63,502 nucleotides of DNA, from NCBI GenBank assembly GCA_964630305.1, contig CAZVTR010000006.1, forward strand, positions 1 through 63,502, in the 5' to 3' direction. Below the pieces are notes generated by a model. That model saw only the letters and a list, made by a program, of their open reading frames with translations, was not told the origin of the DNA and searched no databases. Positions 1 through 10,197 of the stretch are shown piece by piece (position 1 is the stretch's first letter; each line of letters opens with the position of its first letter). Both the position numbers and the translations under genes were made by a program. The stretch comes from an uncultured Treponemataceae bacterium (GTDB lineage: Bacteria; Spirochaetota; Spirochaetia; Treponematales; UBA12059).

Positions 1-308
1 AATTTTTCTGGTGATGTTTGATGAAATAGTTTGACAGCAACATAACCTATTACATTAAAGAGTGCACAACCTAAAATCCAGGAATCTCGAATTAATAGGT
101 TTTTGCTTGATGTTGAAGTAATATTAAGGATTAGGGAATAAATTGCAAGTATAAAAACTGATATAACGAGTATTTGACTATGAAAAATCTTATTTAAGCT
201 AAAATCTAATAAAGTATCCAAAATATACTCCTTAAAATTTTTTTATATTGGTTTTACATAAAGTTTCGTTTCTGAAGTAGCATTTGTCAAGAATACTATA
301 CAGCTGCT

Positions 309-2201
309 ATGACTTTCTTTATACTTATGGATATGCCATTTCTTCCCACAACGCAAGCAGAATTGACTGAAGCAGCAATACAAAGACTCGATTTTGTTAT
401 CCTTTCAGGAGATGCTTATATAGATCATCCATCATTTGGAACAGCGCTTATAGCACGTTTGCTGGAAAGCAGGGGATATACGGTGGGAATTATTGCACGT
501 CCGGACCCCGATGATGTTTCGGTGTTTCGTGCTCTCGGAAAACCGCGGCTGGCGTTTCTTATTACAAGCGGTTCTATGGATGCAATGGTGTGCAAGTATA
601 CTGCAAATAAAAAACCGCGCAGAGAAGATGAGTATAGTCCAGGAGGAGATCCTTCGTTATGCCGCAGTGCCGATGGAAGTCTGCATCAGTATCAAGTGAA
701 TGGTAAAAAAACATCGGCACGGCCGGATCGTACGGTAATTGCATATTGTACAAAGGCTCGGGAAGCGTTTAAGGGTGTTCCGATTATTGCCGGCGGTATT
801 GAAGCATCGCTGCGTCGCCTTTCGCACTATGATTACCTCTCTGATACAGTGCGGAGACCGATTATTTTAGATGCAAAAGCTGATTTGGTTATTTACGGCA
901 TGGCAGAGCTTGCACTGCTGGAAACCGCTAAGCGGCTCGCGAATAATCCGCCTGAGCAGGTTGGTTATGACCAATCGATAGTAAGGTTGCGGGGTATTCG
1001 CGGGACAGTATGGCGCTGTTCGAACATGAACCATGTTCCCGATACTGCAGTCTGGCTTCCACCATTTGAAGAAACGGCTCGCGATAAACTAACCTTTGCT
1101 CGTACTTTTGCTTTACAGTATCACAATACCGATCCGGAAACAGCTCGTGTTTTGGTTGAACAGGCAGGCAATCAGTTTGCTGTTCAGGAGCCTCCGGCGT
1201 ATCCCATTTCACGTGCTTTATTTGATGAATTGTATACATTTTCTTACATGCGCACATGGCATCCTGTATACGATAGCTATGGAGGTGTCCCCGCATTTAA
1301 GGAGGTCCAATTTTCAATAACCTCTAATCGCGGTTGCTTTGGAGCCTGTGCATTTTGTGCGCTTGCATTTCATCAGGGAAGAATTATTACAAGCCGATCG
1401 CATGAATCGATACTTGCAGAAGCAAAACTGCTCACTGCTCAGCCAAATTTTAAGGGTTACATTCATGATGTTGGCGGCCCCACTGCCAATTTCAGAAATC
1501 CTGCTTGTGTTAAACAGGAAAATGGTTCAGCCTGTGTTGATAAACGCTGTTTAGTGCCTGTCCCTTGCAAGGCTCTGAAGACAAGTCATGAAGATTTTAT
1601 AGCGCTCTTAAAAAAATTAAGAAATCTGCCTGGTATCAAAAAAGTATTTATACGATCCGGTATCCGGTTTGACTACATTTTAGCTGGAAACAATGAAGAC
1701 TTTTTACGAGAATTAGCTTCCCATCACGTATCTGGACAGCTTAAAGTTGCACCTGAACATGTATCTGACCATGTACTTGCACTGATGGGTAAACCGCCGC
1801 ATGCTGTGTATGAAAAATTTGTAGAACGATGGAAATCAATCAATAAAAATTTGGGCTTAAAACAGTTTTTAATTCCCTATTTCATAGCGTCATTGCCAGG
1901 AGCTACTTTACAGGATGCGGTTGCCTTAGCTGAGTATCTCCGAGATTCGGGTTTTATTCCTGACCAGGTGCAGGATTTTTATCCCACACCAGGAACACTT
2001 GCTACAGCAATGTATTATACAGGGATTGATCCCATTACTGGCGATGCAGTCTATACGGCAAAAGGCGCACGGGAACGAGCTATGCAGCGTGCGCTGCTCC
2101 AATACTCTCACCCTGAAAATCGCCAGCTTGTCAAGGAAGCGCTTAAGCTTGCAGGAAGGGAAGACCTTATTGGAAAAGGTGCAAAGTGCTTGGTATCATG
2201 A
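309..2201 (+). CDS. ygiQ: YgiQ/UPF0313 family radical SAM protein
   Basis: N-terminal 'LSGDAYIDHPSFG', 'GGIEASLRRLSHYDY', CxxxCxxC motif 'CFGACAFC', 'SGQLKVAPEH', 'QVQDFYPTP'. The true start may be ATG 327 or 333. Confidence 0.9.
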   Translation: MTFFILMDMPFLPTTQAELTEAAIQRLDFVILSGDAYIDHPSFGTALIARLLESRGYTVGIIARPDPDDVSVFRALGKPRLAFLITSGSMDAMVCKYTANKKPRREDEYSPGGDPSLCRSADGSLHQYQVNGKKTSARPDRTVIAYCTKAREAFKGVPIIAGGIEASLRRLSHYDYLSDTVRRPIILDAKADLVIYGMAELALLETAKRLANNPPEQVGYDQSIVRLRGIRGTVWRCSNMNHVPDTAVWLPPFEETARDKLTFARTFALQYHNTDPETARVLVEQAGNQFAVQEPPAYPISRALFDELYTFSYMRTWHPVYDSYGGVPAFKEVQFSITSNRGCFGACAFCALAFHQGRIITSRSHESILAEAKLLTAQPNFKGYIHDVGGPTANFRNPACVKQENGSACVDKRCLVPVPCKALKTSHEDFIALLKKLRNLPGIKKVFIRSGIRFDYILAGNNEDFLRELASHHVSGQLKVAPEHVSDHVLALMGKPPHAVYEKFVERWKSINKNLGLKQFLIPYFIASLPGATLQDAVALAEYLRDSGFIPDQVQDFYPTPGTLATAMYYTGIDPITGDAVYTAKGARERAMQRALLQYSHPENRQLVKEALKLAGREDLIGKGAKCLVS

Positions 2202-3008
2202 ATAGTATGACGAGCGTATTGCTTCCAATTCTTTTTGCATAAGCGAGTGGACTTTTCCTGCTAATTCTTGTGCTGTTAAATTATCTGCAACATGTACCGG
2301 CGGCAATACATGGATATGTATGGTATGTTTCCCTGGTGCAATAAAGCCTTTTTTAGGAAGGAGCTGGTAAGGCCCATCAATTACAACAGGCAGTATATCT
2401 GTCTGAGTATTGATAGCGGCTTTAAATGTTCCTTTTTTAAATTCATGGATTTCGCCGTCTTTAGTTCTGGTGCCTTCGGGAAATAAGAGGATTGATTCTC
2501 CTCGCTTAAGATGCTTTTCAATTGAAGCAAGTACACCCATCTGGCTTTTGAGGCTCTTTCTGTCCACTAATAGATGGCCGCTCAGGAGCAAGTTCCACCC
2601 GACAATCGGCACAAAAGCAAGCGCTTTTTTACTAATCATTTTAACCGGATAAAAGAGCCGAAAAGCAATTAGTACGTCGAGCAGGGATTGGTGATTCATT
2701 ACCACGATATATGTTTTTTTTCTGTCGAGATATTGTTTTCCCTGGATATCAAGGTTCCAAAGCGGGCTTAAAGCCAGAGCGATGGTGCACCACAGTGAAG
2801 AATGATAATGCATAATAATTCGCTTTTTATCAAAAAGCGCGGTGAGCACAAACAGTATAAGTTGAAAAGGAATAAAAAGAATAAAGCACAGTACAATTTC
2901 AAACCAGGTGAATAGTGAAAGAATGGCAAGCATAGGGTAAACAATAGTAGTATTAGGTAAGAAAATCAAGAGCAACACTATTGCAGCTGACTGAAAGTTT
3001 GACAGCAC
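2196..3008 (-). CDS. plsC: 1-acyl-sn-glycerol-3-phosphate acyltransferase (PlsC family)
   Basis: HX4D motif 'NHQSLLD' and 'FPEGTRT'; hydrophobic N-terminus; GTG start is uncertain. Confidence 0.88.
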   Translation of the reverse strand: MLSNFQSAAIVLLLIFLPNTTIVYPMLAILSLFTWFEIVLCFILFIPFQLILFVLTALFDKKRIIMHYHSSLWCTIALALSPLWNLDIQGKQYLDRKKTYIVVMNHQSLLDVLIAFRLFYPVKMISKKALAFVPIVGWNLLLSGHLLVDRKSLKSQMGVLASIEKHLKRGESILLFPEGTRTKDGEIHEFKKGTFKAAINTQTDILPVVIDGPYQLLPKKGFIAPGKHTIHIHVLPPVHVADNLTAQELAGKVHSLMQKELEAIRSSYYS

Positions 3009-3096
3009 AATACATGACAGTTAAACTTACTATATCCATTTTGGAATAACAGTGTTTGAGACAAAAACACAATCCGCCCGTGTTAAGGAGAAAATT

Positions 3097-3762
3097 TTGA
3101 AAAAAATACTTTTGCTAGCTTTGTGTTGCTGTATACCAGTTTTTGGTACTGAACAGACAGCAAATCTTTTATTGAATGAAGGTGTTGCTAACTATAACTT
3201 TCTCAGTGCATTGGAAATCGAAGTTGTAAAAGAGCTGAATCTTGCACGAACAAATCCTAAACAGTATGCAGAGTATCTCAAAGAGTATAGGAAATATTAT
3301 CAAGGAAACTATATAGCATTACCAGGCAAAAATTTAAGAATATCAAATGAAGGAGTTAAAGTAGTTGATGAAGCGATAGAACAATTACTTTCCTATAAAC
3401 CAATACAGCCGTTAAAAATTTCTTTAGGTATGTCACTTGCAGCAAAAGATCATGTTAATGATCAGGGGCAATCGGGCGCAATGGGGCATATAGGAAATGA
3501 TCTCAGCAGTCCGTTTGCAAGAATGAACCGATATGGCACCTGGAACATAACAGCAGGTGAAAACATAGATTATGGAAACGATAGTGCAAGGCTCATCGTG
3601 ATAAATTTAATTGTCGATGATGGAGTTATTGACCGAGGTCATAGAAAGAGTATTTTTAACAAGGATTTTAATGTTGTTGGCGTTGCCTGCGGACCTCATA
3701 TTTATATGGGTTATATGTGTGTCATGACTTTTGCCGGAGCATATAAAGAAAAAACTAAATAA
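3097..3762 (+). CDS. Secreted CAP/SCP-domain protein
   Basis: 'ELNLARTNP', 'SLAAKDHVNDQ..GHIG', 'AGENIDYG', 'GHRKSIFNKDFNVVGVACGPH'. TTG start chosen at 3097 (RBS AAGGAG 3085-3090), giving the signal peptide MKKILLLALCCCIPVFG. Confidence 0.8.
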   Translation: MKKILLLALCCCIPVFGTEQTANLLLNEGVANYNFLSALEIEVVKELNLARTNPKQYAEYLKEYRKYYQGNYIALPGKNLRISNEGVKVVDEAIEQLLSYKPIQPLKISLGMSLAAKDHVNDQGQSGAMGHIGNDLSSPFARMNRYGTWNITAGENIDYGNDSARLIVINLIVDDGVIDRGHRKSIFNKDFNVVGVACGPHIYMGYMCVMTFAGAYKEKTK

Positions 3763-3773
3763 CTAGCAATAAA

Positions 3774-3808
3774 AAAAGCAGTATGCTTGAGAACATCATA
3801 CTGCTTTT
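3774..3808. terminator. Bidirectional intrinsic terminator between the CAP gene and the purine operon
   Basis: Perfect 12-bp stem AAAAGCAGTATG (3774-3785) / CATACTGCTTTT (3797-3808) with A/T tracts on both sides. A second, weaker hairpin lies at 3824-3856. Confidence 0.8.
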
Positions 3809-3881
3809 AATAAATCATACACAATGCTGTTTGTGCCATGCGCATAAGCACAGCATACAGTAAAACAGCTATTCTTAAAGT

Positions 3882-5072
3882 TTATTCAATTTCCCGTTTA
3901 TGATTGCGCTCGATGAGAGCTTTTAGTGTTTTTACCGGATCTTTCCGTTTTCCAAGAAGAATCATTGCTGCAATAATGTATGGTTTGAATCCCGCTTCGC
4001 GATAAGTGTCGTTGCGGTAGCGGTCAAATACGCTTGCGGCAACTTCACCCGCTTTACAGGAAACATCTGTGATATCGGCGGGGAGGCAGTGCATGTAAAG
4101 AGCTTTACCGTTTTTTGTCAGCTTCATTTTTTCTTCGGTGCATTCCCAATCGATGAATTTTGCATTGTTAGCAAGACACTGTTTTTCAAGTTCCTTTAAT
4201 CCTGCTTGATCTCCAGCATGGAGCAGCGGCACACGTTTGAGCATTACGTCATACGGTGCCCAGCTCTTGGGGTACACGATATCGGCATCTTTAAACGCTT
4301 CTTCCATGCTGTTCGAGTGAACAAATTTTCCTCCGCTTTCCTGAGCCTGTTTTTTTGCTAGTTCTACTACTTCTGGAATGAGATTGTAGCCTTCGGGATG
4401 TGCAAGGTGAACTTCCATGCCAAAACGGGTTGCAAGGCCAATAATGCCCTGCGGAACAGAGAGCGGTTTTCCGTAAGAGGGTGAGTATGCCCAGGTCATT
4501 GCAATTTTTTTGCCTTTGAGTTTATCGAGACCGCCAAAATACTCAGCGAGGTGCAATAAGTCAGCCATTGATTGTGTCGGATGATCAATATCACTCTGAA
4601 GGTTAACAATAGTGGGGCGGGATGGAAGTACAGCATCCTTTACCGCTTCATCTAAAGCTTGTGCAACTTCACGCTGGTACCGGTCGCCTTCACCGAGATA
4701 CATATCATCACGGATACCAATTGCCTCAGAAAGGAAACTTATCATAACCGCTGTTTCACGGACAGTTTCACCATGCGCAATTTGGCTCTTGCCTTCATCG
4801 AGATCTTGTACATAAAGACCAAGCAGATCGCAGGCGCTCGAAAAAGAAAACCTGGTTCGAGTCGAATTATCCCGAAAATTCGAAACAGCGATGCCAGAAT
4901 GCCAGATGCGCGGGCTCATGTTTGCTTTGCGCATTTCCTGGAGAATGCGTGCAACAAGAAATGTTGCTTCTATTTCATCCCTTGTTTTTTCCCATGTTAA
5001 CAGAAAATCCTTGTTGTACATGGCAATTTTTTTTGTCGACAGCTTGTCGAGTAAATCATTGATAACGCTCAT
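3882..5072 (-). CDS. ygeW: Knotted carbamoyltransferase YgeW
   Basis: 'FRDNSTRTRFSF', 'HPTQSMAD', 'WAYSPSYGKPLSVPQG', 'MHCLPADI'; 396 aa. Confidence 0.95.
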   Translation of the reverse strand: MSVINDLLDKLSTKKIAMYNKDFLLTWEKTRDEIEATFLVARILQEMRKANMSPRIWHSGIAVSNFRDNSTRTRFSFSSACDLLGLYVQDLDEGKSQIAHGETVRETAVMISFLSEAIGIRDDMYLGEGDRYQREVAQALDEAVKDAVLPSRPTIVNLQSDIDHPTQSMADLLHLAEYFGGLDKLKGKKIAMTWAYSPSYGKPLSVPQGIIGLATRFGMEVHLAHPEGYNLIPEVVELAKKQAQESGGKFVHSNSMEEAFKDADIVYPKSWAPYDVMLKRVPLLHAGDQAGLKELEKQCLANNAKFIDWECTEEKMKLTKNGKALYMHCLPADITDVSCKAGEVAASVFDRYRNDTYREAGFKPYIIAAMILLGKRKDPVKTLKALIERNHKREIE

Positions 5073-5111
5073 GGTTCCTCCTCTGTTACAATAAGCTATG
5101 TTTAAACAGTT

Positions 5112-8003
5112 CTATAATACAGCTTTGTGCGGTGTTTGCACTGTTCCGAGCAGTTTTAAAATACGCTCAGGTGTGAATGGCCACTCCCTGCACCAGATAC
5201 CAAGCGCATCATGCAATGCAATTGCAATTGCTGGGGCTGATCCATTTACCGATATTTCGGAAACCGATTTTCCTCCAAAGGGGCCTATCTCATCATCAAC
5301 AGGCACAAATTCCACATGGAAATCTTCTGGCACTTCATAGATGGATGGAACTTTGTAGTCAAGAAAATTTGGATTGATGAGTACCCCCTGTTTATCAAAC
5401 AGCAGTTCTTCATAGAGCGAGTGTCCTATTGCCTTTAATGCGGCGCCATAGACCTGCCCCATTGCAAGGTCAGGATTGATTGGTGTCCCGCAGTCTTGAT
5501 ATGCATGGTAGCGGAGTATTCTAACCTCGCCAGTGTCTGGATTTGCTTCTAAATCTACAAAATGCGCTGCATAGGGGAAAGCTGCATGATCGGTTTTAAA
5601 GCTGCCAAAACCGACGAGCTCTGCATGTCCTTCGCCTTGAACCGAAATATGAGCAAGCTTTGCAAGCGTTATGGAGCCTGTTTTGCCCTGTATAGTTCCA
5701 GGGTAGATGAGTTTGAGCTGTGAGACAGGTTCATTTAAAATAATACTTGCAGCTGCGAGGCATTTTGTTTTGAGATCTTCTGCTGCTTTAAGTGCTGCGT
5801 TGCCAGAAAAATATGTGCCTGAACTTGCATAGGCACCTTTATCAAAAGGAGTGATATCAGTATCACCTGAAACGACACTGATATGCTCGAGGTCGACTGC
5901 AAGGGTTTCTGCAACAAGTTTAGCGGTAACGGTATCAAGACCTGTACCAAGATCTGCACCGCCAGACAAGAGGAGCAGTGAACCATCGGAAAGCAGTCGG
6001 ACTTCTGCATTGGCCGCATCGAGCCCCGGTAAGCCGGAGCCTTGCTGTATAATCACAGCACCGCGTCCTCGTCTCCAGCCGGGTGTAGGTGCAGGAGGAG
6101 TCGGATTATCCCAATTAAACGCTTTGCGGCCGCGGCTGAGCATTTCGCCAAGTCCGCATTCTCCGAGCGTTACCGGAGCACCGGGGCGCCCTTCTCCGAG
6201 ACTGCGCAAAATTTCGATGCGGGTTCCGGAGCGCACTCTGTTTTTTTCAATGAGTTCAAGCTGATCAATGCCGAGTATTTCAGCAAGTTCTGCTAGTGCT
6301 GTCTGAACCGCAAAGGAACCTTTAGGAGCACCATAGCCCTGATATGCTCCCGCAGGTGGGAGATTAGTGTACCAGCTGTTTACTTCAAAGCGCATGTTCT
6401 CACAGATAATGAGCGGCAGGCTTTTACTGACTGCATTCATAGGAACGGTGAGACAGTGCTGTCCATACGCACCGGTATCCGCATCGAGTTTCATATACAC
6501 CGCAGTGAGTGTTCCGTCTTTTTTGGCTCCCAGTTTCATGGTAATTTCCATGCCGTGTCGTGTACGGCTTGAACGGAACTCTTGTTTACGGGAATAGCGG
6601 AAAAAAACAGGGAGTCCTGTTGTCCACGCTAAGTACCCTGCAATATCTTCAACAACGATGTCCTGTTTGGCACCAAACCCGCCGCCAACTCGTTCTTTGA
6701 TAATGCGAACTTTATGTTCAGGTAGACCAATTACGCGTGCGACAATGCGTCTGACATGCCAGGGGACTTGAGTCGATGCATGGATAATAAGCCGACCTTT
6801 TTCTGGTTTAGCTAATACAACATGCGGTTCCATTGGGGTACTCTGAACACGGTTCCCAATGTACGTGCGTTCAATAACGACATCGGCTTCGCTAAAACCT
6901 TTTTCAATGTCACCGATACCATCACTTGCGCTGGCTGCAAGGTTTTGGTGTGGATCTGCATGGAGTGTGAATTGGTACATAATTGGTTCTTCGCGAGAAT
7001 CACCTTCTGTGGAAATGCCTTCTGGTTTTGTACCGTCAGCATAGGATACGGAACCATGATGCACGATTGGTGCACCGGCTTTTTTTGCTTCATGTATAGA
7101 GAGCACGGGAGGCAATAGCTCATACTCAACACTAATCGCATCTACGGCAGCCTCTGCCTGCTCATGTGTTTTGGCCAGTACAGCAGCTACTCTGTCTCCG
7201 ACATAGCGAACCTTGCGGGAAAACATGAGCTGATCATATGGACTTGGTTCAGGGTACCCCTGTCCGGCAGTGGTATAGGTGTGCTGCGGACAGTTTTCAT
7301 GGGTAAGAATTGTCACCACACCAGGCATTGCGAGCGCCTTACTGGTATCGATTTTTTTTATATATGCGTGCGCATGAGGGCTTTCGAGCAGCACTACATG
7401 GTAAGCATCGGCGTCAACAAAATCCTCCACATAGAGGCGCTGTCCTGTTGCCATCATGAGGGAATCGACTTTAGCGCGATTTTTTCCGATATGACGCAGT
7501 TCTGGTTTAAACTCCGGGTAAAGTTTTTCATGATATGCTGGATCATGCAATCGTTTTACAGCGAGGCGGACTGCATTAAAGAATTGTTCGTAACCCGTAC
7601 AGCGGCAGAATGTCCCGGAGAGGGCATCTTTAATTGCTTCTCTGTCGGGATTATGATTGCGCTGAAGTAAATTAAAAATAGCAAGTGTGACTGCTGGAGT
7701 GCAATAGCCGCACTGTACGCAAGCACTATCAATGAGTGCTTTTTGAATTATTCGTATTGTTTCATTTGTTCGATAAAAATCTACAGTAATAAGTTCCGCA
7801 TCTGCTATTTGACCGGTGAGAATCTGGCATGAGTTTACCTGTCGTCCATTAAGAATTACAGAACATAGTCCGCAGACGCCTTCGCCGTCACAGCCATTGC
7901 GAACTGATACAATACCATGGCTGCGCAAGGTTTCAAGGAGCGGTTTGCCGGGATCGATGTCCCACTGTACTGGTGTACCGTTGAGGGTGAATGAAATCAT
8001 CAT
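5112..8003 (-). CDS. xdhD: XdhD-like molybdenum hydroxylase, fused 2x[2Fe-2S] and Mo-cofactor-binding subunit
   Basis: 'GCDGEGVCGLC', 'QCGYCTP', 'CRCTGY', 'GGGFGAKQD', 'GAYQGYGAPKG', 'GKSVSEISVNG'; 963 aa, the XdhD architecture. Confidence 0.88.
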   Translation of the reverse strand: MMISFTLNGTPVQWDIDPGKPLLETLRSHGIVSVRNGCDGEGVCGLCSVILNGRQVNSCQILTGQIADAELITVDFYRTNETIRIIQKALIDSACVQCGYCTPAVTLAIFNLLQRNHNPDREAIKDALSGTFCRCTGYEQFFNAVRLAVKRLHDPAYHEKLYPEFKPELRHIGKNRAKVDSLMMATGQRLYVEDFVDADAYHVVLLESPHAHAYIKKIDTSKALAMPGVVTILTHENCPQHTYTTAGQGYPEPSPYDQLMFSRKVRYVGDRVAAVLAKTHEQAEAAVDAISVEYELLPPVLSIHEAKKAGAPIVHHGSVSYADGTKPEGISTEGDSREEPIMYQFTLHADPHQNLAASASDGIGDIEKGFSEADVVIERTYIGNRVQSTPMEPHVVLAKPEKGRLIIHASTQVPWHVRRIVARVIGLPEHKVRIIKERVGGGFGAKQDIVVEDIAGYLAWTTGLPVFFRYSRKQEFRSSRTRHGMEITMKLGAKKDGTLTAVYMKLDADTGAYGQHCLTVPMNAVSKSLPLIICENMRFEVNSWYTNLPPAGAYQGYGAPKGSFAVQTALAELAEILGIDQLELIEKNRVRSGTRIEILRSLGEGRPGAPVTLGECGLGEMLSRGRKAFNWDNPTPPAPTPGWRRGRGAVIIQQGSGLPGLDAANAEVRLLSDGSLLLLSGGADLGTGLDTVTAKLVAETLAVDLEHISVVSGDTDITPFDKGAYASSGTYFSGNAALKAAEDLKTKCLAAASIILNEPVSQLKLIYPGTIQGKTGSITLAKLAHISVQGEGHAELVGFGSFKTDHAAFPYAAHFVDLEANPDTGEVRILRYHAYQDCGTPINPDLAMGQVYGAALKAIGHSLYEELLFDKQGVLINPNFLDYKVPSIYEVPEDFHVEFVPVDDEIGPFGGKSVSEISVNGSAPAIAIALHDALGIWCREWPFTPERILKLLGTVQTPHKAVL

Positions 8004-8803
8004 GGCTGAACCTCCGCATTGAGGAGTGCTTCTGCTAGTTTTTCAGCGCCAATGTATTCTTTGTATGAAGCACTGCCGCGCTGATCGGTGATAGCATGAA
8101 GCAGGGGTTGTATGCGTGTCCGAATTGTGTGTTTATCGGAAGGCAGCTGGATACCTTCAAAGAGAGCAGCAATATCGGTGCGGAGCTCTGCATGTTTGGA
8201 AAAGCCTCCGAGAACAATGCGTAGCTCTGTGAAGCTGTTGTTATGTGCGAGCTTACATGCAACGGCTGCTGTAATTGAGGAGAGATCACAGGATGTGCGC
8301 CGGAAAAAGGCAAAGTTCATAGCCAGCCCTCTGGGGTTACTGCAATGTACTTCAAGGATAATTCCCTGTGGGTTTTGCAGCCAAGTTTGGAGGGGAACAA
8401 GTGTCGTGCTCGTTGTTACTGTAAGGTTTGCATCGAGGAGGAGCAATATGGGAATGAGACTTGCACAGGATTTATTTGCCCCTATATTACCGCCAATTGT
8501 TGCTCTGTTTCTGATATTGCGGTTACTCATGGTCGCAAGCGCTTTTTTAAATATTGGAGGAACATTCGATTCCAGGAGTTCTTGAAATGTCATACCGCTT
8601 CCAATGATGATTTCAGATTCATTCACACTGATAAACTTAGGAACAATGCGGCTGATATCCATAGCTGTTTCCAGGGTTAGCGATGCGGGGTGTGCTAAAA
8701 GATAAGTTCCGCCTGCAAGCATAGGAACCTGTGGATTCTGAGTATTATAGTGAGCAGCTTCATCTATTGAAGCTGGCTGTATCAAGTTTTTTACTGTTAC
8801 CAT
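8000..8803 (-). CDS. ygfM: FAD-binding subunit of a Mo hydroxylase (YgfM-like)
   Basis: 'LAGGTYL', 'IRNRATIGGNI', 'ASLIPILLLLDA'; 4-bp overlap with xdhD. Confidence 0.8.
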   Translation of the reverse strand: MVTVKNLIQPASIDEAAHYNTQNPQVPMLAGGTYLLAHPASLTLETAMDISRIVPKFISVNESEIIIGSGMTFQELLESNVPPIFKKALATMSNRNIRNRATIGGNIGANKSCASLIPILLLLDANLTVTTSTTLVPLQTWLQNPQGIILEVHCSNPRGLAMNFAFFRRTSCDLSSITAAVACKLAHNNSFTELRIVLGGFSKHAELRTDIAALFEGIQLPSDKHTIRTRIQPLLHAITDQRGSASYKEYIGAEKLAEALLNAEVQP

Positions 8804-10197
8804 GGCAGATGCACTCCGGCTTTAGATAAGAGCTTGCGTGCTGCTTTGTTAGCAGCTTCTGCAAGTGCTTCTTCATCGATATTAACAAGTTTTCCCCGTG
8901 ATACAACAATGGAGCCATTAACTATAAGATAATCTACTCCATGATTATAACCGGAAAACAGCAATGCTGCAGGCGGATCAGACAGCGCTCCTGCATATTC
9001 AAGTTTGCTGAGATCAAACAGTGCAATATCTGCTAATGAACCTTCTTCCAGTGTGCCCGCATGTGGGAAACCGAGTATGCGAGCTCCGCCTTCTGTAGCA
9101 ATGCCAAAGATTTCTCGTGCTGTACTGCCTGTTGCGCCATATCGTACGCGCTGGAGCAAAAGAGCTTGCCGCGCTTCACCAAGCATATCTGAGCTGTCAT
9201 TAGATGCAGAGCCATCAACAGCGAGTCCGACGGGTATACCTTTATCGAGCATTTCGCGCACTCTGCAGATACCAGATGCTAACCGCATATTAGAGGCAGG
9301 GCAGTGTGCAATGCCGGTTTGATAGCGTGCTAATGTATCAAGTTCTTCATCGGTAAAGTGAATACCATGAGCGTACCACACATCCGGTCCAATAAATTCA
9401 CAATCCTCCATTACTTTGAGCGGGCGTCTACCGTAAACTCTCATGCAATATTCATCTTCGTCTGCTGTTTCTGCTAGATGTGTGTGAAGCCGAGCTCCAT
9501 ACTTGCGTGCAAGCCTCGCAGATTCTTTCATGAGCTTCTCTGATACCGAAAACGGAGAACAGGGAGCAAGCGCAAGTTTTCTCATTGCATCAGGCGCAGG
9601 ATCGTGGTAGCGCTTAATAGCTTCTTCGGATTGAATGAGTATGGTCTCTTCATCCTGGACCACAGTGTCCGGCGGCAGCCCTCCGTCTTTTTTTGAGCGA
9701 GACATAGAGCCGCGGGTTGGTGCAAAGCGTATTCCTATTTCAGACGCAGCTTTAAACTGGAGACCGGGCAGATCGTCTTTGAAATCAACAGGATAAAGAT
9801 AGTGGTGATCGGTAGAAAGTGTACAGCCTGTTTTGGCAAGCTCAGCAAGGGCTAATTTGCTCGACAGGTATACAGCCTCCTCATCAATACCTTTCCAGAT
9901 TTCATAGAGATACACGAGCCAGGTAAAGAGCTTTGCATTTTGTACAGCAGGAACATTTCGTGTAAGCGTCTGGTAAAAATGATGGTGAGTGTTTACCATA
10001 CCTGGCATGACAAGATGTTTTGATGCATCGATTGTAGTTGTTCCTGCTGGTACTGTAATGGCTGGAGCTATCTTTGCAATTCTGTTTCCATCTATGAATA
10101 TGTCGACACCATGTAAATCGGTTTCAAGCGATCCTGCTTGCTTGCCGCTTCCGTAGTGAGACTTGAGTACCCAGAAGCAGTTTTTAAGGAGTATCAC
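8797..10197 (-). CDS. 8-oxoguanine deaminase family amidohydrolase
   Basis: 'NTHHHFYQTLTR', 'APCSPFSVS', 'HTHLAET', 'HCPASNMRLASG', 'AVDGSASND'; GTG start. Confidence 0.85.
   Translation of the reverse strand: MILLKNCFWVLKSHYGSGKQAGSLETDLHGVDIFIDGNRIAKIAPAITVPAGTTTIDASKHLVMPGMVNTHHHFYQTLTRNVPAVQNAKLFTWLVYLYEIWKGIDEEAVYLSSKLALAELAKTGCTLSTDHHYLYPVDFKDDLPGLQFKAASEIGIRFAPTRGSMSRSKKDGGLPPDTVVQDEETILIQSEEAIKRYHDPAPDAMRKLALAPCSPFSVSEKLMKESARLARKYGARLHTHLAETADEDEYCMRVYGRRPLKVMEDCEFIGPDVWYAHGIHFTDEELDTLARYQTGIAHCPASNMRLASGICRVREMLDKGIPVGLAVDGSASNDSSDMLGEARQALLLQRVRYGATGSTAREIFGIATEGGARILGFPHAGTLEEGSLADIALFDLSKLEYAGALSDPPAALLFSGYNHGVDYLIVNGSIVVSRGKLVNIDEEALAEAANKAARKLLSKAGVHLPW

Noticed and set aside
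1-308. AT-rich stretch with TTGACA/TTGACT hexamers
   Set aside because: No properly spaced -10 was found and the context is truncated by the window edge.
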